Assembly (NCBI RefSeq): GCF_030144855.1
Contig: NC_082710.1
Span: 165,292,001-165,356,000, forward strand
Length of the DNA stretch: 64,000 bases
DNA from: Hypanus sabinus
Lineage: Eukaryota
Direction of reading: 5' to 3'
Shown: positions 1 through 10,724 of the stretch, piece by piece
How positions within the stretch are numbered: position 1 is the stretch's first letter
Layout: the number at the start of each line of letters is the position of its first letter
The notes under the pieces: generated by a model
Seen by the model: the letters and a program-made list of their open reading frames with translations, nothing else
Told to the model about the DNA's origin: nothing
Databases searched by the model: none
Translations under genes and position numbers: made by a program

Positions 1-288
1 GATAAAGGGGAAGCCTTTTAAGACCGAGATGAGGAAAAACTCCTTCACTCAGAGAGTGGTGAATCTGTGGAATTCTCTGCCACAGGAAACAGTTGAGGCC
101 GGTTCATTGGCTATATTTAAGAGGAAGTTAGGTATGGGCCTTGTGGCTAAAGGGATCAGGGGGTATGGAGAGAAAGCAGGTACAGGGTTCTGAGTTGGAT
201 GATCAGCCATAATCATAATGAATGCTGGTGAAGCTTGAAGGGCCGAATGGCCTACTCCTGCACCTATTTTCTATGTTTCTATGTTTAA
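1..288 (+). mobile_element. CR1 LINE 3' end
   Basis: Typical CR1 3' coding end and UTR finishing in a (ttctatgt)n-type tail at about 268-284. Confidence 0.85.
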
Positions 289-1600
289 ACTGTTCTAAAA
301 AGCCAACTCTTAGGCATTTAGCAGCTCACGCTCTTGACATCCATTACCAACCTGATTTTCTCAATCGACCTCCATGTTAAAATCTCCCATGACTGTCACA
401 ACATTGCCCTTTTGACACGCCTTTTCTATTTCCTGTAGTAATCTATGGTCCACCTCCCAACCACCATTGGGAGGCCTGTATACAATTGCCATCATGGTCC
501 TTTTACCCTTGCAGTTTCTTAACTCCAGCCACAAATATCCACCATCTTCCAATACTATATCACATCTTTTTAGTGATTTGATGCCATTCTTTACCAGTAG
601 AGACACACCATCCCCTCTGCCTACCTTCCTGTCTCTCTGATACAACATGTAACCTTGGATATTCAGCTCTCAACTACAACCATCCTTTAGACATGATTCA
701 TTGACAGCCACAACATCATACCTGGCAATCTGTAATAGTGTAACAAGATGATCCACCTTATTTCTTATACTCTGCGCATTGAGATACAACACCTTGAGTA
801 CCGCATTTGCTATCCTTTCTGATTCTGTATTCCAAATAATTTGATACTCAGCCTGTTGGTTGCAAATAAGTCCCATCACCTACCCTTCCTGCCAGTCTGA
901 CTGCACACTATCTTTACTTTTTTACCACCCATCCGATCCTGAGTCCCATCACTCTGGTTTCTACCCCCTGCCAAATTAGTTTAAACCCTCCCCAAAAGCT
1001 CTAACAAACCTGCCCACGAGAATATTGGTCCCCCTCAGGTTCAGGTGCAACCCGTCACTTTTGCACAGGTCATTCCTCCCCCAGAAGAGATCCCAATGAT
1101 CCCAGAACCAGAAGCCCTGCCCCCTGCTCCAGCTTCTCGACCGCACATTTATCTGACAAATCATTCTGTTTCTACCCTCACTGATGGGTGGCAGAGGCAG
1201 CAATCCAGAAATTATTACCCTCGATGTCCTGCTTCTCAGCTTTCTACCTATCTCTCTAAAATCTCTTTCAGGACCTCTTTGCTTTTCCTCCCTAAATCAT
1301 TTGTTCCAATATGTACCAAGGCATCTGGGTGCTCTCCCTCTCTCCCCAATATGATGTAGACACAATCCGAGATGTCCCTGTCCCTTGCACCTAGGAGGCA
1401 GGGTGTCCCGTTCACGTCCACAGCATCTCCTGTCTGTTCCCCTCACTACCTCTCCCTGTTGAATGGTGACACCACTGGTGCTAAACCATATTGGTCAATG
1501 CTGTTGCTTTGGATTAACCAACTGCGAGAGGGCAGGAGGTCTGCTGCTTGGGCAACAGCTTGCTCTCCATATTGTACTGCTTTGGCTTGCTATCGTATAG
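289..1600 (-). mobile_element. CR1 LINE 5' part: ORF1 esterase-like remnant and ORF2 AP-endonuclease remnant
   Basis: Peptides VLYLNAQSIRNKV..YDVVAVNES, YQRDRK..GVSLLVK, VYRPPN..VMGDFN (APE) and DGLHLNLRGTNILVGRF (CR1 ORF1 SGNH esterase); frameshifted. Confidence 0.85.
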
Positions 1601-2799
1601 ACAGCAGGGACACAACATACATAGTCGACCCCGACCAACAGAGGCCGAAGAAGTCTTTACTAGCCAGTTCTACAGAAATTACCAACCATGAACATTTCTA
1701 GCCTCGGTTAATTATTAAAAATGCCCCATAAAGTTCGCCAGAGTAGCCAATCTGCAGCTTCAAATGTTGCTTGGCAATCGTTCCAGACTTGGTTCATCTG
1801 TCTGCTTGCCACAGGGTGATGGGAGCAGATGGCGTAGATAAAATCATGAGAGGAATCAGCAGAAATTTTGAAATACTGTAGGGAGGTAGCTTCAAGGTGG
1901 AGGGAGTTAGAAATTAAAGGAGTTGCATATAGCATGTTTTATTTTCTTGCAAAATGAATTATAGGTGCTCGGAAAATGCTGTCCGGGTAGGTAATGGAAG
2001 CAGATATGATAATAATGTTTAAGAGGCATTTAGAGAAACGGGGAATAGAGGATATGGATCGTGTGCAGGAAGTGGAATTAATTTAGCTTGGCTTCGCGTG
2101 TCGGCAGATTCATCATGGGCCAAAGGGTCTGTTCACCTGCCGTACTGTTCGATGGATAAGATGAGATCGACATCCCTGTATTTGTCCTGGTAACTTTCAG
2201 TTAGCCATGGCAGACTGATTGTATCATTCATATCTCTGATGAGGTCAGAGTCTCACAATACAATGTTGCAAACTCTTGACATAAAAGGATATTAACAAGC
2301 AGGTTACGAAAGATAAGGTGTCGTCGAAGATACCCCATTGATTCCTGGCAGTCACTGGCCCATGATCGTGTAGTGTGACGGGATATTCAAGGTGATATTA
2401 TGAAACTCAAGAACGCAAAAAAGTGCACAGTACTTCGCAGAATACTACCAGCCCCATCGGTCCGTTCCTGCTCCGCCTGCAGACGAAAATGCACTTCCCA
2501 CAATGCATCATCGGTCCCCTCAGAACTCACAAACCGGAGTTCTATGTTCTAGCAAACTTCCGGAGAGTAACAATAGCAGAGAGACATCGCGTGGAAAGAA
2601 AAAAGGAATTACTTGCGACTGTGCAAATGAGAGACAACTGATGTTGGTGCCGGCTGAACGAGGGTTGTGAAGTCTTATCGATTACAGTTAACAGGATGAT
2701 AAGAGTTTGTGACAGAATGCCCTGTTAGATATGTCATTTGGCAGCTGCTCCACTGCGCGGCCTCTTTGAGAACAGCAGGCAAAGAGAATAATCCCCAGC

Positions 2800-3700
2800 C
2801 TCTGTGGGCCGGGTCGCGTATTAATGAGCGGATGGTGGGCCAGATAAATGCCATAAAAATTGAGATATGGGAATTATCCATTTAAATACATCTAGTTATG
2901 TTTTGCCTCAAATTAATGAATAACGCACGCTAGAAAATCATTTGTACTTAACCAAGGACGCCAATTAGTAATCAAAGATCTCAGTTTAGCTGCAATTTAT
3001 TTCAATCAAGGCATTTTTTGAATCTATTAAAAGGACACAAAGAATCTTTAAACATAAAGCGTATGAACATAATGCATGGAATGGTGATAAATTAAGTATA
3101 ATAAAAAAGAACATTTTAATACAGTGGATGAATCAATGTGAAACTTGATGCTGCTTGTTGCTTGAAAGCTTCTCAATACTGGGTGTCAGACTTGTTGATG
3201 CCAAGAGCAAGACATTATCCAGATGGGCATCAGTCAGTCTTGTTCTCAAATGGTTCTTGGTGCGCTTCATTTTTGAAAATAATTGCTCACGCAGATAAGT
3301 GCTGCCAAACGATGATGCCATCTTTTTTGCATGGTCACTAAGTTAGGATACTTCCCATTTGGATGAATATATTTTCTATAGAAGTCGAGCACTGACACAT
3401 CTTCAGAATGAAACTTTGATCTCAATATGTCATCACACTGCATCCCAATCAATTCCATTTGAACAATTTCTGTTGCAGTGTCCACTTCCACATCACATGG
3501 AGTAGTAAACAGCTTGAACTCATTTGCATGCAAGCGAAAATCAGCAAAACGAGATGAAAACTCTTTTCTCAATTCTTGGACCATATTCACAAAAATGCCT
3601 GGATCTTGTGCTTTACATTTGTTTTCCAAAACTAGCCTTCTCTTCGCTCAATGACATCGTTCCTTGTCTGCCCAGTAAACTTGTTAGAATTTCCACCATG
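2800..3700 (-). mobile_element. hAT (GTF2IRD2/SPIN/Charlie-like) transposase C-terminal remnant
   Basis: ORFs 3267-3629 and 3133-3321: QMELIGMQCDDILRSKF..FGSTYLREQLFSKMKRTKNHLRTRLTDAHL (hAT dimerisation domain); gggccgg subterminal motifs near 2806-2835. Confidence 0.85.
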
Positions 3701-4049
3701 GCGGGTCTCATTATGTCTCCTGATATTTGCCACCTTCTTCACAGCAACATTTTCTGGGCCGGATAAGCATAGCATCCCAATATTTGCACGTGGGCCGTAG
3801 GTTGCCTACCCATGTTCTACAGAGACAACGACGGTTCATGCTGGGAGAATTCAGCATGTCGAGCAGTGTCCATGGAGTCAAAGTTTCCGGTGGATACCTT
3901 GCATCAGGAGCGAGAGAGTAGACAGAAGATAGACAGTATATAGACATGAGAGCGAGGGTCCAGACAGAGTTCTGTTGTGGATAGATGAACCAAGGAGGGA
4001 AGAGAGAAGGGAGTGTCAGGACGAAGACTGGAAAATAATAGGTGGAAGC

Positions 4050-4320
4050 TGTCACGTATCCCGTGACCGGGTTTCCAAACCAGCAGAAATGGAGTCTGGT
4101 ATTACTATAACTAAAAGTGTTTATTAGTAAACTAAGTAATACAGTACTATAAAATGCAAATATATATATAACAGGTTAGCAATGATATACACAGAGGTGT
4201 GGAAATAGGAATCAAAGCCACACTCTTTCAAAGTCCAGGGGTAAATGAATAGTTTTACAATGATGCAGAGTTCAGTTTAGTTCAGTTTAGTTTAGGTCGA
4301 GGTAGTTGCTGTTGTACCAT

Positions 4321-4382
<62 letters not shown>

Positions 4383-4980
4383 GAGGTGATGCAGTTGCAG
4401 GCAAACCTTCCATTGTCTTCTTGTCCTGTTGTGCTCACCGACTGTGACCCCTCCGTACCAGGCCAGACCGTTCTTCAGTGGTGAGCCTGACACCCAGGTA
4501 AGGGTGGACACACACACACAAGCCTCCACCAGTCTGCCTTCACACACTATGAGTCTCTGATTGATTCCCCCAAATCGATCCTCCAAACCCCCACCTTCCT
4601 GTGGGTGCACAATGCTCTTTCAGTGTCCCGTGGCGTGTCTGCCTATGTCTCAGCTGACTTGCTTTTTATCTCCCCTAACGGGGTACCAGTCACCCATCAA
4701 CTGTCCACGTCCATCACCTGGTACCGCCTTGCTGTCTCAACAGGAATTCACACAAGCAGACAAAATGAGTGCCCTTGGAGCAAAGTAAACAATTATCGAA
4801 GAAGCCATAATACTAAATCATCCATGGAGCCTTAACTTTAAATCTTTGTCTCTCTCTCTCACACACACACATCTGCGCTGGGTGGCTCCCCCTCTTCTCT
4901 CTCTCTCATTAGCAGATAGTTCACGGGGGGAGGTCAACTCTGGACCCCATCTCCACCTGGTTTGCTCATCACACATCACA
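4050..4980 (-). mobile_element. Solo LTR (931 bp) with 4-bp TSD AAGC
   Basis: Starts TGTCAC at 4050 and ends CATCACA at 4980; AAGC at 4046-4049 and 4981-4984; AATAAA on the minus strand near 4115. Confidence 0.85.
4323..4379. repeat. (GA)n microsatellite, about 28 units, inside the solo LTR
   Basis: Directly visible. Confidence 0.98.
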
Positions 4981-5774
4981 AAGCATAAACAAGACAGCCG
5001 GGGGGTGGGGGTGGGGGGGGGGGAGAGAGGAGTGGATTGGTGGAGACAGAGGTCGGGAAGGTGATAGGTGGAGCTAGGTTAAGGAGAGATGATGGGAATG
5101 AGAAACTAGGTGAGTAGTGTAAGGGAAAAGTGAAGCAAGGATAACTAAATATGGGTAGATCCATACGTAGGCGATGGATCGATGGACCACGGTGGAGGGG
5201 TGATGAGGAAGAGAGAGGTCGAAAAGCAGAAGAGCTGAAGAGAGTTAATCCCAGTGGACCAAGGAAGTGGGTTACCTAAAATTTGAAAATTCAATGTTCA
5301 TTCCATTGGATAAAAGCTGAATATGAGGGGCCATTCTTTTAGTTTGGTTTGGCCTAACGGTAGTGAAGAAGGATGGAGATCAGAGTTCGGTGTGGGACTG
5401 AACAGAGAAGTTATAAAGTGCTGTACACGCGAAATCTTAATGGGCAGTATGCAGTTGCTCTGCTGGTGGGGGGGGGGGGGGAGTGTGAAATTTAAGGACC
5501 AAGAGACCTTTATCTCTGTTCTGTCTCGGGAGAGGCAGGCTGAGGACCGACATGTGAGAAATGGAGAAAATGCTCCTGAGGGGTCATTCATCTACAGCAG
5601 AGGAGAGAGGAGAAAAGTGAGTGGGAAGTTTGAAGATTGAGAAACTTTTAAAATCCAACAAAAAGCAACTAAAAAGCGATAAAAAAGCGAAAAACGATGA
5701 AATATGAGGGCAAACTAGCCAATAATATAAAGCAAGATACTAAAAGTTCTTTCAGTTATATAAAGAATAAAAGG

Positions 5775-6080
5775 TTTCAATAGGTACATTTAATATCAGA
5801 GAATTGTATACAATTTACATTCTGAAAGTCTATTTCTTAGCAAACATCCACGAAAACAGAGTGCCTCCAAAGAATGAATGACAGTTAAACGTTAGAACCC
5901 CAACCCCTCCTCCATCTCCCCCCCCCCCCACACGCACAAGCAGCAGCAAGTTAACGACCCACCCTCCCACACCCCACCAGCAAAGAAAGCAACAGCGCCC
6001 TTCACCAGCAGGCATCAATAAAGAGACAGACTTTCGGGACCGAAAACCTATTCGTTCACCGGGTAATTCGACATACCACA
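5775..6080. repeat. Interspersed non-coding repeat; related copies at about 21055-21480 and 31450-31545
   Basis: Shared motif acatttaat(a/g)tcaga..catccacgaaaacaga..aagaatgaatgacagtt..gttagaacc. Confidence 0.7.
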
Positions 6081-6081
6081 G

Positions 6082-8500
6082 CAGGCCTGTCAAACTCATT
6101 TTAGGTCACGGGCCGGATTGGGCAAAATGCGACTTCATGCGGGCCGGATCAGTTGTGCGCTCCCACAGCTTTCGTTGCCTTCGTTTTTTCAACCTGCTCT
6201 CACGTGTCTCAGTCTCTGCTATAACTACAAACTTTACAAATTTCGTTTCTTATGAAGGTTGCCTAGCAAGCATTATTTTTATGATAGGTATTAACTTACA
6301 GTCGTAGGCTACAAGAAAGTTGTGATGAGAGAGAGAAAAAACGATGCTATTTTGGCTAAGATTGCTTTGGGAGCCACACTCTTTCCATTAATAAACCATT
6401 TGAAATCGAACATTAGCAGACATAAATGTAGACCTAACGAAACAAATTGTAAACGTAGGCTCCACAACCGCACCTAATTTTTATTAGCCTGCTTCCAGCA
6501 GTCAAACTCAGACAATGAACACAGTTAGCCTCTGATTTTTATTGAAGTGATCACATTTACAATAATAGAATAGTCAGAAAATGAATGAATCACAATATTA
6601 TGACACTCAATATTTCATAATGCATTTTGCTTACATGTCGCAGGGCATCGAACAGTGTCACTCATTTTTCACTTGCTGCTTCCAGACACCTGACATCTCT
6701 TGGCTTTAACCAGCCTGTCAACATCAGGGACCAGTTTCTGGGCAGTTGTGATTTTCATAATGTTATTTAGATGTCTGTGTGTCAGCTGCGAGCGCAGTCT
6801 GGATTTGTTAATATTCATTATGGAGAACTCCTGCTCACAGAGATATGTTGTCCCGAACATGTAAAGGATCTTTGACGCAAAGTCTGTCATCTTGGGGTAC
6901 ATCGGTCCCAGGTGTTGATAGAATGAGTCCAGACCCATAGTCTCAAATTTTTATTTCAAAGCCGAGTTACACTGAATTTCAATTGGTTCCATTTGCAAAC
7001 GGCAAACGGCAAGCCAAATAGTGAGTATTCCTTCTCGAGCTGAGTGAAGACCTCGAAAATATTCAGAAACTCACTTTTCAGCTGTGATATTTTGTCCTTG
7101 TACCTGTCATTATTCCCATGAGCAGCAAGCACAGACTGCAAAGAGGGGAAATGCGCTGGGTTGCTCCGGGACAGTTGTATCTCCCACAGGTCTAATTTAA
7201 TTTGAAAGGCACGGACGCTGGCGCAGTATTCCGTATCGTTTGTTGCGGCCTTGCATGTTAACATTAAGCACAGTCAAGTGCTCTGTTATATCCACCAAAA
7301 AATGCAAGATCATGAAGCCAATCTGGGTCATCCAACTCTGCCACTGGCTTCCTTTTCTTGTTTATGGATAGCCCAATTTCCACGTAATTGAAAAAAAAAT
7401 GTTTGAGCACAACCCCTCTGCTCAACCAGCAGAATTCAGTGTGGTAGGGTCGGCCGTGTTCAATATAATTTTTGGACAAAAGAGTGTCAAACAGCCGATG
7501 GTTGAGTCCCTTGGCTCGAATAAAATTAACCGTTTTACTACATCCATGATATTGTCCATTTTCAGGCGCCTGCTACATCACGCCTCTTGGTGTATAATAC
7601 AATGAAAATTCCCGAATTCCTGCTCTGGATTCTCTGCCTGAACTTCCTCTCTGAGTTTCGCAAGAACACCTGACATTTCCCGCCCATGGACGGTGCGCCA
7701 TCTGTTGCCACGCTGCCAACGTGACTCCAGTCAAACTCCAGTCTGTCCAAGGCCTCGACGAGGCTGGAGAAAACGTCGTTCGCCGTTGTGGTGTTTGTCA
7801 TGGGCAACATCTCCACAAACTCCTCGGTGACGGTCAAAGATGCATCAACTCCACGAATAAATATTCCCAATTGAGCTCCTTCAGTCAGGTCGATGCTCTC
7901 ATCAATTGCAACAGAGAAGGCAATAAATGACACCACTTTGGCTTTTAGTTGACTGTTGAAATCTCCGGCAAGGTTCCCGATTCTCTCTGCCACAGTATTT
8001 CTTGACAAGTTGAGAAGCCTGTCTCTTCTCGGGGCAAACCAGCTCTGCCCGAAACGTCGACAGATGCTGCCTGGCCTGTTGTGTTCCACCAGCATTTTGT
8101 GTGCGTTGTTTGAATTTCCAGCATCTGCAGATTTCCTCGTGTTTCCTCCTCTGAGTGTGGCTTCGACGCAGCAGTTGTTTTGTTGACAATAATATAGCTG
8201 GCCTTGACAGCTCCATCACGAGTCTCTCAACTTTTGGTGAACACTGATTGTTGTTGTTTCTTTCAGAGCTGCTTCAAGATCGTTTATCTTTTGCCTTCTG
8301 AGTCATTTGCGTAGTTGTCATATTTTTCTCCGTGTGTCGGTTGATATTGTACTCTTTTGCCAAAGCCACTTGTTGCGACATTATTAGACACAGATGTTTT
8401 CCATTGAACTGACAGAAGAAAAACGAACTTTCCAATTATCGTTGAATATCCGACCTTCGATGCCGACTTTTCTTTTCTTGGAAAGCATTTTGAACCACAG
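6082..8500 (-). mobile_element. Degenerate hAT transposon (GTF2IRD2/SPIN-like), right end present
   Basis: TIR-like caggcctgtcaaactc at 6082; transposase pieces MLSKKRK.., FSVAIDES, VATDGAPSM, FGTTYLCEQEFSIMNINKSRLRSQLT; many frameshifts; left end not found. Confidence 0.9.
8047..8143 (-). mobile_element. Short Penelope/SINE-type fragment inside the hAT transposase
   Basis: acacgaggaaatctgcagatgctggaaattc..acacaaaatgctggtggaacac..ggcagcatct; related to the fragment at 28505-28570. Confidence 0.75.
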
Positions 8501-8559
8501 CAGCAAACAGTCTCAGCCTTGCTACAGGTGTTACTCACCTGAGTACTCTGTGTGTTTAT

Positions 8560-9150
8560 ACTGCGTCTGACAGTCATTAAGGCAACTTACACTGTTCTTC
8601 TTCAGCAATTGTTGTGCAGCTTTCAATGCTGTGGGAACTTCGGACTCGAGAAATGAGAGATTGAAAATGTCTTTCAACAGTCGGTTGGCACAGGTTTTCC
8701 AAACCTTGCCAGTTACTCCTTGGAAGTCTGCCGCTTTGGGATGGCTCGCCCTCCTGAGAGACAGCCTGACGTCTGCCTCCGAGACAGAGCTCACAGGGTC
8801 ACCAGGTGCTGCAGGGATCCTCACAGCTGTTGTTGTATTCTCCCTCTCAAAATCAGCATAAAAGGCATTGGGCTCATGTGGGAGTGAAACATCACTGCCA
8901 TTCATGGTGGTGGGTTTCGCTTTGTAGGAAGTAACAGACTGCAAACCCTGTTAGATTTCACATGTATCCGATATTGCTTCCAGCCTTACTCGGAATTGTT
9001 CCTTAGCTCTTGAAATAGCCCTCCATAAGTCATGCCTGGTCTACTTGTACAGACACGTGTCGCCAGACTCTAATGCCACAGATCTAGTTCTCAGCAGACT
9101 ACAAACATCCTGGTCCATCCATGGCTTTTGATCTGAAGTGGATCTTACAG
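8560..9150 (-). mobile_element. Rex1/Babar-like LINE reverse-transcriptase fragment
   Basis: VSEADVRLSLRRASHPKAA..KTCANRLLKDIFNLSFLESEVPT..CLND. Confidence 0.8.
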
Positions 9151-9959
9151 CTGGAGAGCCAAGTTACTGAGTACCAAACTAAAACAATTTGCATTGCTGC
9201 ATCACATCGGAATGTTCACTTCTTTATGAGGCATGTTGACGACATGAATTAGCAAACGAGGAACAGTAGTTGTTTTGATGTTCTGATGCAGGATTTCTAC
9301 CTGAACCGTTTGCATTTCTGTTACCGGCATAGGTGGTGTTCACCGTTTGAATTTCTCCAGTAAATTAACTGTTCTTCCAGATTCCAAAACCTACAGCCTC
9401 TTGAGCCTCCATTGTTCGAACTGAACCCCTGTGTTGACACCACAAAGAAATATTAAATCCTCAATATTCTCATCACAGAACACATCGGTGTTTTTGCCAC
9501 ATGGCAGGTTCCAACCCTAAGCCGTGCCATACAAGCTGGTTCTGTAAGTCTGAGAAATCTTAGGCAACGTGGGTTGGTCGCAAGTTTGAAATTTCACACG
9601 CCCATCCATTGGGAGTTCTCTTCACTCACTCCTACGCAGGCTCCAGGCTCGTGTTACCATTAAATAACAGGATTAGGATCCACAAATGTTTGTTATAATT
9701 ACCTGCACAACTGTTGGCACCAACGTCATTCACTGACTGAATTCTTTACAACCCACAACCTTTAAGAAATATAAAACCACATATAATTTCTGCTATTTTC
9801 AAAGCTGGTGTGAATATTTATGTCTTCTCCTCCACACTGTTGTGCAGGTTTCCCTTCCTAAACCTGCTCATCATTTGCTGACCCATGTACTCAACATGCT
9901 TCAGAAAGAAGGGGACATTCCAATGTGATCCTGTGTTGCCAATTGTTTTAGTTTGGTAC

Positions 9960-10320
9960 GGAGTTACATTTCTTTCCAGTAGATCCAGCTCAGACCAAAC
10001 AACCAAAGACTGCATCAGGAAACTGATGAGAGGGGAAATGAGAATTTACTTTGATGGTCTGTGGAGGGGTAAATTCAGGAGTCCCAACAAAGCAGATGAA
10101 ATCCCTACCGGCGCCTGAAAATGGAAAGTCAAAATGGCATTGAGATATACCACGCATGCAGACTCTTTAACCTTATTCACAAATACTTTGTATTTAACAC
10201 AAATAAGTATTCAATTGTCACACATATTTCACAAAACGGCTTCGAGATGTTAATTATAGATTATGATAATCTATCAATAGAGAGCAGAGTGACAGAGCAC
10301 AGATCAAGTTGTATATGTCA
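9960..10320. repeat. Segment paralogous to 61740-62130
   Basis: Colinear similarity, e.g. ggtaaattcaggagtcccaacaaagcagat..cctgaaaatggaaagtcaaaatggcattgaga versus ggtaaagtcaggaaacccaacaatgcggat..tctgaaaatgggaagttgaaatggcattgaga. Confidence 0.8.
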
Positions 10321-10724
10321 CTGCGTCATGGCTGAAAGAAGGTCATAGTTGGGAGATTAACATCAAAGGATATACTTGTATCAAAAGGTCAGACAGGGAG
10401 GCAGAGGCAGTGGTGTTGTTCTGTTGGTAAGAGGTGGAATTACATCTTTAGGAAGAGGTAACATAGGGTCAGAGAATGTTGAATCTTCGTGGTTGGAGTT
10501 ACGAAACTCCAAGAGTAAAATAAGAACATTATGGGAAACATATGTAGTCCTCCAACTGTGGGGTTGAGATTGCAAAGGGACCTGGAAAAGGCATATAATA
10601 AGGATAATGTTACAATTATATGGGGGACTTCAATATGTAAGGGGATTGGGAAAATTGGGTTGGTGTCAGATCGTAAGAGAGGGAATTTTTTGAATGCCTA
10701 TGAGATGGCTTTTTAGAGCAGCTT

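Larger units (their letters stand above)
3770..5640 (-). mobile_element. Penelope-like retroelement 3' fragment, interrupted by a solo LTR
   Basis: Purine-rich tract and pLTR-like end (cctgatgcaagg..gaaactttgac..gctgaattctcccagca) resembling the shark/ray Penelope-type repeat; the flanks of the LTR at 4050-4980 are continuous. Confidence 0.55.
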
